Positions 44,993 through 57,820 of a DNA stretch of 64,000 bases are shown here, in pieces. Both the position numbers and the translations under genes were made by a program. Source of the DNA: Ascidiella aspersa (lineage: Eukaryota). The stretch spans positions 13,082,001 to 13,146,000 of the forward strand of contig OZ004613.1 of the NCBI GenBank assembly GCA_963924565.1, in the 5' to 3' direction. Each line of letters starts with the position of its first letter. Position 1 is the stretch's first letter. The notes beneath the pieces are model-generated. The model worked only from the letters and a program-made list of their open reading frames with translations, made no database searches and was not told where the DNA came from.

Positions 44993-47900
44993 CTAGGGCT
45001 GCTCTGGCGCGGATGGGCCAGCGCTCTCTGTTGGAAGAAGCCCGGCCTTCTCCCCTATGCTTGAAGACCTAGCCTGGCCTGCCAGCTGACAGCAACGCAT
45101 CAGGCACTGGTGGGGCCACATGCCCTCGGTGTTTCGCACCAGCAGACAGAAGTGGAGCACAAAGACTATCAGCGAAAGCCAGCCGAAGGCGTAAGCGGCG
45201 ATGAAGTGCGTATTGGTGCCCGAGTTTGAGGTCACGATGCACACGGCCACGAATAGGAACAGGAAGCAAACCGAGTAGACGATGTACTGCAACGACAAAA
45301 TAGGTGGCGGGCGTGTAAACGGGAAGAAACGTTAGCCTACCACCTTTAAGGTTGTAGATCGAAATAACGTAATAAGACACAAACACTTTTGAATAAGTTC
45401 TAAACCTACTTCATGTAGTTAAAATTCAAAACAAGGGTATAGGCAGTGGTTGGATTCAGCCGGTTCTATAGAACCGTCTCGCGGAATTTTATGAGATCAG
45501 CGAACCGGTTATCATTACTGGTTACTGTCAATAGAGTTTAGCATCTTATTTCATACATTTGATTTCCAAGTAGCTCACGTGTTTTTTTTTTTCAAAATGT
45601 GGAATGATCAAGGTTGCATGTAACAGTCATACATTGTGTTAATTATTATACTTGAATTGAAGTAATTTTCTATTTGTGATTGTTTGTCTGAAAATTTAAT
45701 TGTTGCCTAATAAGTACGAGTCATGAGACGACTGTAGCTTTTTAGTGTGGCTGTTAGCAGGGACGGAATTCAGCTGGTTCGCAGTTCGTAACATTCGCTG
45801 GAACCTCGGGTTGCATCCTTCTTTTGTAACTCGTTAATTATTTCTCGGAATATACGACTTTTTGTAACAGAACCGGCTGAAATATATGACTTTTGTAATA
45901 GAACCGGCTGACAAAAAATCTGGATCCCACCACTCGATTTAGGGTGTGGGGCGGTTGGTCGCGGCCTTTTTGGCTTTTATTTCGTTCTGGCATCGTCATT
46001 TGGGCAGCGCTTTTATGGATTAGGGTTTGGTCAGACTTGGATTTAGGATGAACATATTAGTCAATAAATAAATTGAGGGATGAGCTATAGGTAACCGGTT
46101 GTTCCAATCTTATTCAGGTGTTTACGACTTTATTCTGACGGGGTTTCGTCTTAATCATATTTAGGTCTTGTTTTGAAGTTGTTATAAAGTCTTATTTAGT
46201 ACTATTCCGGAGTAACACTAATTTACGGAATGATGAATGGTCGGAACGCTCACAGTATTATTATTAAATATAATAACACTTGACCCACCTTCACCCAAAC
46301 GCTAACCCCCAACCTAACTCAAATATCGTGCGTTGGTTTGGTTAATAATTGTTTTAAGGGGGTAACACTTAAATTAGTGAGAGTTCCAACCATTCCGACC
46401 ATTCATCATTCCGTAAATTAGTACCGGTATTACCCCTATTTCGAATATTGTTTAGTTGACAAGTTAATGTTATTCTAATTTCGGTCTTGTTGTTGGATTT
46501 CATAAAAAAAATTGTAGGCGTGATTAACCTGAAGGAAAGTAGCAAAAAGCGGCTGTTACATATGTGTCTCTATAGTGTTAGAAGTTGCCGAGAACGTCTA
46601 ATCTGATGATTTTTTAGAATTTATAGTCTATAGATAATAGTTGTCATGCCAAGCATTTTTTTCTAAATTGATAAGCCAAGCCAATAATTTACTTTGGAGG
46701 CACTGAAACGAAGTCATTAAACCAACGGATACATAGTGTTAAGCATAAACAAGGGCCATCGACCCCAGGTTGCTGCCAACCCTGTACATCGTTACCTCAA
46801 TGACGAACCACGCGGAACCGGTGCAGAGCCGGTGGGTCTCGGGAGGGGGCGCTAGGGTGCTGGAGGTTCCAGTGGCCTCTCCGGTTCCCCGGGCAGCCAT
46901 TACTTTTTGAAGACGGATGTGTGCACCGGTTATGTAGAAAACGAAAAAGAATCTGCGAACCAAGTAGATTTTAAGTTGTTGGCATTTCCAGGAAAATTAA
47001 TTTTCTACGTTAGGATTTTTACATTTCCGCTTAAATGCCGGAGACATATATTGACGAAAAATACTAACTTAAAAAATGGGAGAAATCACTTGACGTTTAC
47101 TTAATTACGTTGGCAGTGTATAACTGTCTTTCGTTTTGTCCGCTGTAATTGTTTTGCAGCTAAAAGTTATAAATTCTGTTGGTTATAATTAAAGCTCGCA
47201 TGTTTTCATATGCTCTGAAATGTGTGGCACATCCCACTACGCCATATAATTGCGTAGGTTTGCGTAAAACTGAGGAAGTCTGTCGAATTAACGCGTGGCC
47301 CAGGCGTTTCAAGTTATCGTCTGTCAACCGAGTGTCCAAGCTGCTCGATATATTCAATTGATTGTCAACTTAATGGCGCCTACAGATTTAGATTTATTCT
47401 CGTATATATGTGATGGTTAGTGTCTACTACTATAGATGCGAATAAACCAATATTTTGTGTGTGAAAAAGTAATCCGACCTAGATTGGCATTTTAATTTTA
47501 ATTGTATTAAAATATTTCTTGAGACCTAACCTTTTTCCACTTGGAAAACTAATATTTTTGCAGAAATACCCAAAGAAATATACATCTTGGTTTAGTTTTA
47601 AGTCGTCTTACCAGACACTTCACAGTTTTTAAGATCAAAGCCTTTACAGCTTAATATTTTAAATAAAGAAGTACAATCGTGTTTTGTTTAATATGGCTAT
47701 AGTATAAGTTCTCTAATATAGCTCGAATTGCTATACAGTTATTTACTCAGTTTAAATCGTCCAAGTTTTATGTTTCGGACTGTGTAGATCGGAAAAATAC
47801 CACAAACGTCTAAAATAAGTGTACTCATTTGACACAAACTGGAAATACCACGTTTTAATAAATGTTGGTTAAGCCAACATTGAGCACGTTTCCTGCTGCA

Positions 47901-49974
47901 CGCTACCACCCGCATTCAAAAGATTAATTCGCAGCGTGACACGCTGCAGCACATCCAACTTATCATGAAAAACATCGTTGCTTTTGTACTAACAGATTTT
48001 TACGGTACAACACTGACAAGTAAAAAAATTAAGGTGTAGAAATGTGCGAATACTATAAGTTTTTGTTTTTTATTGAACTGCTGGCCATAATCATTAAAAT
48101 GCGTTGTAGCTTATATTTCTTGATATTTGACATTATATTTGACAAGTGACAAACGGTACTTTATATTTCTTGGAAATAGTGGCGTGGCACAATTTTTAAC
48201 CATGATCACAATCAAAGTATACATAAGAAACTATGGTAAAACCTGTAGATAATATAAGGGCAGTGCTTTGTAAGTTCTTTGATCTTACAATCCTTTTTTT
48301 CATGATTATAGAAACCTATCCTAACTCCACTTGTTTTGTTAGCCTGAGGTATAGTTAAAAGTATCTGCCAGAAACAAAATCAACTAACGACCAAAACTTG
48401 GCATAAAGCCCACCAGGATCGCAATAACTGGTTGAAGAAAATAATGCAGGTCATAAAGTGGTATAGGAAGCTTAAAATAATAGACATCCCAATAGGATCC
48501 GGTAGTTTCAAGCAGGTCGGCGGAGTCGGTTACAAATAACCCTCTCCGGACAAAAAATGAACTCGAGTTGAAACCCGAGTGCGGCCAAATGTAAGATTTC
48601 ACCGAGTCCAGAATCAGACTCAGACTCTACAGCTAGCCTATATTTAACCCATTTACGTAACTATATTAAGGTGGATATTCAGCAATTCACTTTTAGGGTG
48701 ACATACAACTCACCAACACACAACACACGGTTGGAAAATATTTAACCATATATGCTATTTGACCTCAAAGTTTGCGGCTTATCCGTTTCGAAATTTGGTA
48801 CTGCGCATGAGCACGTCGGACTCGTGACTCGGGTAGTTTTACGCAGTCTTACTGAAGTCCAGAGAATGAAAGACACACACAAACATGTGTGTTTAATAAC
48901 ATCTGTGATCTAGCCCCTCGGTGAAGTCCAGAGACTCCGACTCCGCAGCCCTGGTTTTAAGTGTGTTCACATGCTAGGTCAGTGGTCGGCAACCGCCGGT
49001 CCGCGAGAAGTTCGTTACTGGTCCGTAGCAGGGTTGTTAGTTTAAAATTTTGATTTAAACCCAAACCGTACGTAAAAGCCGGAAAAAGACTAGGAAAAAT
49101 CAAAAACGGCTGAAAGTATTTTTATATCCAAATCACATTAACTTTCTTTTAAATATACTCCATGATTGATGGGTATATGAAAAATCACAATTAGTTTCAA
49201 GCACTCGTGAGGTGCAAAACAAACCAGTGGGCTGTGGCCATATAATAGAGCACTTTTACAACATCCTAAAATGCATTTTTTGATTGTAAAATCGAACTCC
49301 TCGTATGTACAATATATCAAAAAAGGCCAAAATATCATATATTTTTTATGCTTAACCGCGTTCACCCTAAAGTGCAATAAAATAAAATCAAGCAAACAAT
49401 GTCCCACAATAAAATTATTAATTATTATTTTTATGTTCAGGCAGGAAAGTTTTTAAAAACAACGTATGCATTTTAATTCGTTTATTGAAATTTCTTTACT
49501 TATTGAATTTTCTTTACTGAGTATTTATTGTTTTTTAAGGCCGGTCCGCGAAAAAAAATCAGTTTGAAACCGGTCCGCAGTGTAAAAAAGGTTGCCGACC
49601 CCTGTGCTAGGTAATTATGCTACCTCTCGGTAAGTTGGATAAATGTGATTTTGAACACTTAAACAATCTAATTTTTTTGTTTTTCCATCAAAAACGATTT
49701 TTTTCAAGGTTAAGTTTGCCCTCTGTTTTCCACATTAAAATACGAACCATAAAAAACACACTTTTAACTAAAATACAAGTGGGTTTACTTACATGGTGAT
49801 CAACCAAATGAAGACGTATGTGCCGACGGCAAAGCTTAGGCCGGGCACAATGTAGAACGGCTGCGAAGCGAGCAGCGACCAAGCTATTAGAAGCAACATG
49901 AACTCGATGATTTGAAAAAGAGCCTGAAACGTTTTCAGGTATGCCAATCCCGTGGGATTGTCTTCCCTAGCCAT
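44993..49974 (-). CDS. MARVEL-domain four-TM protein (CMTM/plasmolipin/MAL-like), about 210 aa
   Basis: Minus-strand exons 49974-49793, 46952-46796, 45286-44993 join in frame with GT-AG sites. AYLKTFQALFQIIEF start of TM1, four hydrophobic segments, IAAYAFGWLSL in TM4 (MARVEL AAxxFG). An acceptor 19 nt upstream of the ATG implies a 5'UTR exon or trans-splicing. Confidence 0.82.
45444..45935. mobile_element. hAT MITE with GAACCGG repeats
   Basis: CAGTGGTTGGATTCAG / CTGGATCCCACCACTC; TSD GGTATAGG / GATTTAGG (6/8). Confidence 0.65.
46209..46436. mobile_element. Foldback MITE with perfect 30-bp arms and a telomere-like core
   Basis: ACTAATTTACGGAATGATGAATGGTCGGAA (46217-46246) is exactly inverted at 46393-46422; core ACCCAAACGCTAACCCCCAACCTAAC. 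Confidence 0.8.
48513..48953 (+). mobile_element. hAT MITE with GAGTCG/GACTCC repeats
   Basis: CAGGTCGGCGGAGTCGG / CCGACTCCGCAGCCCTG; TSD GTTTCAAG / GTTTTAAG. Confidence 0.75.
48980..49604. mobile_element. hAT MITE
   Basis: TIR CAGTGGTCGGCAACC / GGTTGCCGACCCCTG; perfect TSD TGCTAGGT. Confidence 0.9.
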
Positions 49975-52905
49975 GTTAATGGAAAATGCTCGCCTGCAAA
50001 GCAAATTTATGTGCATTTTGGAAATCGGATCAAAACGAGTCGCTCTGGATTTAGGTTGCGTTTCAGACAGGATAGTAAAAATGTAAAAAAGCTAACTAAA
50101 CAAGCAATTTGCTCCGACTTTCGACAATTTTCGATCTAAACACCTAGATATCGCCTGTTGGCCACTTTGTCTATTCTCGTGTTCAGGATGGTTAGAATTT
50201 AGCTTTATACTCTCAAGTGAAGAAATGCAATTTTATGTTTTTCTATAGAAAAGTTAGGAAGGTGAGATATTACCAATAACTAGCACAGGGGTGGGCAACC
50301 TACGACGGGATCAGCCGGCGATCCATCCGGCTCCTCTTTTATGAATTGGGCACGAGGCCATTACTCATTTTTGTGCTACTTCAACTATATGTAAATGCAA
50401 AACACTTTCGCGCTCCGTGCAAATCTTGTTCATGCACCTATAATCATAGTATTTTGCCAACGTCATATATCTGAGTGCTTTTTATTGCGCTTCACACGAT
50501 CTATTGTGTCTTTTCAATATGGACATAACCCCCGAGAGTTTACCGGGGAAACCAATTTTCAACAGGAAAAACCCTATGTCTGCCCATGAATTACAGTCGT
50601 ACCCGTTTTAACAACATTAATGTCAGTAAAAATTTAACGGCCCGCAGAAAAAATTCTAAGCTTGTTTTTGCCGCGACTAGAAAATATGTTTACATGTTCG
50701 TTAGATCCCAACATAGACTGAATTATTGCATCAAACGCTGCATCGATTCCAACTACATTATTGCATCTTATGCAGTTTTTGGCGGTATTTAAGTCACTTC
50801 CGTCAATAATTCATTTATGAGTTCACGTTAAGTTGAGTTGATTACGGAACAACATTGGAGATAACAGTTTACTTATAGGTCAGTGTAAAGCGCATTAAAC
50901 GGTTTTAACTGCTTGCTAAGAATTGATTATTTTTAATAAAAACTAACAAATTTCACATTATATAGTTTTCCTTCTTTTTGGTCGCAAAGTGTTCAAACTC
51001 AAACTTGGGTCGCACTCAAAAATGTTTGAAACCACTCGTATCGTAGGACTACTGGCCTATACCACAGGAGGACTACTGCTTCCAACAGCAATGCTGATTA
51101 GTTTTGATGTACTTTAACTTTTAATCAGCAGCGTTCCTTCCGTTTCAGTAACTGCTAAGTAAAGCGCATTGCATTTGATGCAACGTTTTGTGACGTTTTC
51201 AAGGTATAACTATTCCTTATGGCCAGCTGACGCCGAACAAGTGAAATTTGAAATTCTGAGAAGAATAAACTGACGCGAAGGCTGAAAAACACACAGTGCA
51301 ACTTTTTGCATACGACATTTTGTTGCTAATACACATTTTTTTAGAAATCTACAAAACAAATTATGGACATGTCTGATCGATGACTCAAGTTGTCAACCTC
51401 AAAACCCCGGTTGTTCATTTGCCCATATACTTCTGCACGAGCTACAAACACGGGGAAACGCTAATTAAAACAAACGTTCCTGATAAACTATAAGTTTCGA
51501 CTTGCTGACTTGCTCCGACCTTTCAGTCGAGGGTAAAGCCTGGGCGCAACAACAACAAAAAGTTTTCGTATCGCACATTCGCGAAAAGCGCGCGGCCCGA
51601 CGAAGAGCAGAAGCTTGGAGATAACTTCCTTCCTCGAAATTTAGCGCGGCGCCGGGTAAAGCCTGAATGACTGATAGGCGATTCTTCGCGCCTCTGTCAC
51701 CGTTTTGACAGGGAAACGCGACGGCTTCTGTTTAACAAAGTTGGATATTGTAGCTGAAATGAGCAGGCTCCCTGTCAGTCAGTCATTTCCAACCCGAATG
51801 CGCCTGAATATAGCCTGATGTGGTTTCTGAGATAGTTGCCTTATAGTTGCCTTATGCTCCGTAAAACAAGCAAACAAACTGTCCAATATAAGACCGGGAA
51901 ATGTGGTGTACATTAGCTTAGGAACCGTATGTTTTTATGCTTCCCGCAGATATTTTATTTCCAACATCCTTAGCGCAGCTTGTGACGTCAACCTGTTGCA
52001 AGGCGATTCTGTGCGTTTTATGTTAAAACGTATATTTTTTTTCTAAATTAATTGACTCATTATAGCAGCAACACAAAAGTTTGCAAAAGCTAAACTTTTA
52101 CCATCCGCGACTAACTTAACGACAATTTGTCGTTTCTTATATCAGGGGATCTTTAATATGGAGCTGTTTTAAATCGTTTTTCAAAAATTAACTTTATTGA
52201 AAGTCTTGAATATCCTTTCATGGTTTGGAAACCTACACCTTTAACTGATAACAATAACACATTGCTCCATATCTAACAAACGTACACTGAAGAAAGACTG
52301 ATGAACTAATTAAAAAGATGTAGCCTACTGTTAAATCAGAATACAAGCAATCGCTTAACGTTAAGAACCGACATGCGTAAAGCACTATTAGATCAAAATG
52401 AAAAGAACTATAGGGTACCAGAATCGTTAGCCGTATCTCGACAAACGACTAGAAAAATACATTGAAAGATAAGTGTGTGATGTTTTATGCATAACAGTTA
52501 AATTTGATAAAATAATAAACTGAACGACAAATTCAAATAGCCTACTTCGATATTTGTGAGTTTTGAATACGATTTTGACTTAAAATAATGTTGACAAATT
52601 TTGACCTAATATCAAAATTTTGACCAAATTTTGACTTTTTTTAAGTCAAAAAATAACTCTTATGACTATACCTGATGTATAGTGGTGGTTTCGTGTGTTA
52701 ATTGAAAAATTCCTCAATAAAAAAGCTTCGTAAAGCGCAGGCTTCGTCGCGCAGGCTTCTATAGGAAAGGGCGTTTTCTCTGCAGTAGAAATAATACGAT
52801 ATCGTTCTGGGCCCTAACTGAAAAGCCTAATTCCATTATTCGTTTAGTTGCACGTTTATGAGACATCTTCTGTAACGACAAGGTAAGGCATTACATAGAG
52901 AAAAA

Positions 52906-53725
52906 ATGGAAGGACTATAGTAAACAAATTACCAAAAAAATACGCCGATCTTCTTCATCAACTGTCCTCGTTCTTGGAGGCAGCGGCGGACAGAAAGCCA
53001 GGGCTGTGGAAGGGTCACTTTTTGAGGCGTCTTTTCTGGTCGTAACAGTATAGTTACGACCAGAAAAGACGCCCAGATGCCACGCTTCTCGTTGTTGGCC
53101 TATACGAGAAGTGTTGTGGTGACGTCATTAATGAGAACAGCTAATCAAATGATAAACCTAACAATTACGATAAACTGCATATTTTGGTCAACAAAAACTA
53201 TGTTTGGAACATTTTGAACTTTCTTCAATGATAGTTCAAATCTGTCCAAACTTGTAGTGAGCAACTCTTGTGAGCAATTGCACATCTATGTTTGATAACG
53301 CAATTTAAATTTGATGATAAAAAAACAGGAATTACAAAATCGCCATTCGCCAGCTTATTACAGACACGTTTAAAAATCTATTACGACTTTTTCGTAGTGT
53401 ATAGAAAATTGTGGGCTTTAGCGGTTACCATTGGATCGCATTTTTCCAAATGACAACAACTAACTGTCCGGAGTTTTAAAATGTACTGCTGTCAATTTAT
53501 TTTACAAAAATACGAAAAATGTCACAGTAAAGTAAACGTATTATAGGTAAACCGGTTAATCCAAAAGAACAATTTGTCAGTGTATTTATCAAAACATTTA
53601 GCGATATTTCTTTTAGTTCAAGTAAAGGATTGCAAAAAATACTTCACTCAATTGGAGAAGATGGACGAAATATTTCATGACAAAATTCAAGGGATCAGAA
53701 ATAACTTTCGTGTATGAATATAAAT
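52906..53725 (+). pseudogene. Sulfotransferase pseudogene (first and last exon relics only)
   Basis: 52906-53140 parallels SULT exon 1 (MEGL**..KLPKKYADLLHQLSSFLEAAADRKPGLWKGHFL...VVVTSLMRT) with stops, a frameshift and the donor GT changed to CT. 53617-53720 parallels the last exon (QVKDCKKYFTQLEKMDEIFHDKIQG). Confidence 0.85.
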
Positions 53726-55504
53726 TACGACTCAGCAGATTTGTTAGGGCTGGATAAACCTTCATTATTTTTTTTGCTGTGCTATTTGATTGTAAGATAT
53801 TTTATTATTGTTCAGTTTTGTTAGTAACATTTATCTGTTGTAAAGAACGAAATTTAGACTTTTGCGAACTTTAAAATGCTCGAATTTTATGTATGGCCAT
53901 TATCCTTATTCGTAGTATGTCCATCAATTAAATAAGAATTTTTAAAAAACAAAAGTATTCTAAAAAAAATTGGTTACAAAACGTATTACGTCAAATTACG
54001 GCAATTAAAAACATGTGATTCATTAACAAAGCAAATATGTGCAAACTTATTGGTTCTTAATGCGTTGGTCACGATGGAGAAATTCTAGCTGAACTATATT
54101 CTTCTCCGCTTGAAATTACCGGGTTGCTTTATTGTATTTTTTAAGCGTTAATGATATCATTTTCTGCCCTACCTAAGATCTTGAAATTAAGTTACTGGTT
54201 TACTTTCCTGTATTGATCAGTACTGCCTTTGTGAATACTGACATAAATACTAAAAGATATACGAGATATATGTATACTCTCCCCAGATTCCATTTTTTTG
54301 TCAAATTAAACCATACTTAATGCAAAATATTTTTGCACGAATCTCAATTATGTTGTTTCTAGCATAAACATAAAACAAACTGAGATAGGTATCGGCCGGC
54401 CTGAAAAATAGTAACTTCCGTTGTTAACGGTGTAGCTTTTAAGCATTTTACGTTGATGACTGTTAATCAGGGGTTTACCTAGAACTTTTTTGGCGCTTGA
54501 AAATAGGTCAAGTTACATTCAGAGAACGGCTGTAAAGCGTGCGCGGGGCAGTAAAAAATGCGTTAGTTTGGTGTCATATTTGAGTCCACGCGGCGTCATC
54601 CACGATCACAATGGTGAGAAGTCGTAGCAATAGGGATACGCATTTATTTCAATTGTTAATATAGTTTATAAAGTATTTAAATAGGGCTGATGACGCACTA
54701 AATTTTTGCGAAACGCTTTAAAATCCTTTCAGAGATTCTCAAATAGCGAATTTCTATTGCTAATATTTCTAAAGAGTATGTACGACCCCTTTAAGCTTAA
54801 TGGCTTCTTTGAAACGCAAACATACTAGATAAAAACGGATTCTCGTAAAGCGCAAAAATGATGAATTTATGTATTTAAAATAGCCATAAAATATACAAAA
54901 TTTTCCCGTTCTTAATTTGTAAAAGAGGTGGCGGGCAGAATGATTTTTTATGAGCAGGCCGGTCCGTGGGCCGTAGGTTGCCGACTTGTGCTCGAAAAGA
55001 AGGTTTTGATTGCTTAAACGTTATAAAGGATTTTTACAAGTTGCTTTTAAACTACAAACGTTTGATAATTGACTTTTTTAAAATAGAGTATTTATATAAA
55101 TAATAATTTTTTTCGTTATTTTTTCCACTTTTTTGTGACCATACAAAAATGCCGTGACGTCTTTGTAAATGTAAACTTTGTATCGTAAGTAACACCTCTA
55201 CAATCTAAAACCTTAACAAAATAAACTTTACGTGTGGTTATTGTTGGTTACTTCTTTATAACGCCAAGTTTTGATGCAACCGATGAGTTACGTTTTGACG
55301 TAACTTGTTAAGGTATTTATGACCTTTCATCACGTAAATGTGAGTATTGTTTTGGGAATAACAGAAACTGCATAGCATGTGAAGAACAAATTGGTGGGAA
55401 ATGAACCACACTCAGCTTCGCATTTGTTTTAAGAGGTATTTGCAAAAAAATTGAGAAAAAAAAAATTGAGAAAAAATATGTGTTCTACGTTATTTTGCAA
55501 ATGT

Positions 55505-55710
55505 GCAGTTGTAAAAAATGCTGTGTATCCCCCAAAAATGTGAATGAAGTTGCTGCCAATCTGAAAATTGCTAGCTCGAAACCTTGCCACGTGTTGAACA
55601 GGCAGAAGAAAACCATCACGGAAAAAAAAACTTTTACGATCGCGGAGGAGTTGAACGCAATATTTCGTAAAAAGCTTAACAGAGCAGGAGTAACCTGTGA
55701 GTATAACTGA
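55505..55710 (+). pseudogene. Second, more diverged sulfotransferase 3' relic
   Basis: FTIAEELNAIFRKKLNRAGVTCEYN* aligns with [27 protein letters not shown] of the intact gene; upstream AVVKNAVY..LKIA weakly resembles exon 6 [12 protein letters not shown]. Confidence 0.7.
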
Positions 55711-56084
55711 CAAATATAGCGGCGATCTAGTAGATATGGTCAATATGGTTAGATTAATCATGTTTATTTCGCTGTGTTTTGCCTTATTTTAAATGAACTG
55801 TGAGAATGTTTTTCATTTTGTTGAGTTTTAATCAGTTAATACGAGCTTATCGAAACAACACAAAATATGCAACAGCGACTAACTTAAATGACACTAACTT
55901 AAATATTATTAAACAAATTAGTCAAACGATTTGATTAGTTAAAAATAGGAAAATGTGTTTAACTGAGCATAGTACTCTTCAAACTTTCACGAGTTTTAGC
56001 CCTCTATTCTATGATGAACTTTCAGCAACTTTTGCCCAAAGTTTCAAAAGTAAACGGCACGGAAGATCCATTACCAAGAAAATA

Positions 56085-56692
56085 AGAATATTATATCTCG
56101 CATACCGTAACACAAGGCTGTACTGTTGCATCAGGCCCCTTGGCAGTTTTGCGCCAGCAAGATTGTTTATTGCAGCAGGTAAAACGAGAATATATATCTC
56201 GCATACCGTAACACAAGGCTGTACTGTTGCATCAGGCCCCTTGGCAGTTTTGCGCCAGCAAAATTGTTTATTGCAGCAGGTAAAATGAGAATATATATCT
56301 CGCATACCGTAACACAAGGCTGTACTGTTGCATCAGGCCCCTTTGCAGTTTTGCGCCAGCAAGATTGTTTATTGCAGCAGGTAAAACGAGAATATATATC
56401 TCGCATACCGCAACACAAGGCTGTACTGTTGCATCAGGCCCCTTGGCAGTTTTGCGCCAGCAAGATTGTTTATTGCAGCAGGTAAAATGAGAATATATAT
56501 CTCGCATACCGTAACACAAGGCTGTACTGTTGCATCAGGCCCCTTGGCAGTTTTGCGCCAGCAAGATTGTTTATTGCAGCAGGTAAAATGAGAATATATA
56601 TCTCGCATACCGTAACACCAGCCTGCATGTACTGATTCATCACGCCCCTTGGCAATTTTGCGCCAGCAAGATTGTTCATTGCAGAAGGTAGG
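56085..56692 (+). repeat. Tandem array, 101-bp unit x6 (last copy diverged)
   Basis: CATACCG recurs at 56101, 56202, 56303, 56404, 56505 and 56606. Confidence 0.95.
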
Positions 56693-57820
56693 TTTCACCT
56701 ATAGGTAGGCTATGCCGAAGTCCATTAAGACACTTCTTGATGTTTCGTTTTATGATCAGTAGATATGAACAAAGTAGAATATCTGATCCTTAGATTCGAA
56801 TCCAATTCTTCCAATTAAATAGGGTAATTGCAAGCGAAATTATTGTTTCATTTTACTGTGGATGGTGGCGCCTAACTATACGCGACGTTAAACGCTTGTC
56901 GCTATGGCGACCTATTAATAGTGATTGCTTTAAATGTAGCCATGTATATAGTGACTTTTGGATATTCTTCGCCTTATTATCAAGTCAGTTGTTATTGGGC
57001 AAGCGACTAGCGTGTAATAGTGCAGTGTTTACAATTTCTAGCAGTGTTTGCAATTTCCTTCAATGCTGTGTCAAAGAACATTCCATCGTAAAACATGCTG
57101 GCCTTCCACAGAATGCGCTACTGATTGGTGAATGTTAATTTTTAACCAATATTCATTGTGGGTTTAAGTATTGGTTACGCATTACTGAAACTGGTAACTA
57201 ACTAGTCTATTATTTGCAGCACAATATTTGACTGCACATAGCCATAAAATAGCAAGGTATTTATAAAATTGAAACACAGAAATGCTTTTAAAGGGACAGA
57301 ATTGCTGAAGAGTTCATTTTGTTGCATGCACTCACTCTATGGGCACAAAAATGAGTTTAGGCAACAACCTGGTATTTCTATGTCGTATGCCCTGTAGTTT
57401 ACATAATTGCTTCAATTGACAGTTTTTTATAATTGTAACCATCTGGAAGAATATTTGATTAATACAATATACATTTGTTAACAAAGTGTTTTGCGAATAA
57501 TTGTTTCAACTAAAAGGTGTATTATGATTAACCCTCCCGACAAAAAAAAGAAGTTAAATAACTTATTATTCAGTGAAACCGTCTGCATTAGTCCTAATAT
57601 TAAAGTAAAAAGGCTTCGGAATGTAGGTGTAACATGCAGTATTTAAATGTAGGAGACGCACAGCTGTTTTTACGTAAGAAAGCTATTAGTCCTGTTGTTG
57701 TAGCAGTCAAAGAGAAACCTCTTTTTTCTTTTTTTAATTGCATATTTCTTTTCGTCAATTTCATTGTCCCGCTAGTCTTGAAAATCGTAAAAACATCGCA
57801 CCAGTGAAAGTTTGATTAAC

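Noticed and set aside
50286-51036. Complete hAT element starting CAGGGGTGGGCAACC
   Set aside because: No matching right TIR or TSD found; similar orphan ends near 28194, 29160, 30048, 54990 and 61438 were also left uncalled.
54686-54725. CTGATGA..GAAAC resembling a hammerhead ribozyme core
   Set aside because: Extra base before stem II and no convincing stems I and III.
56085-56692. CRISPR array or protein-coding ORFs in the 101-bp repeat
   Set aside because: No unique spacers, eukaryotic context, and a unit length not divisible by 3; the ORFs are repeat artefacts.
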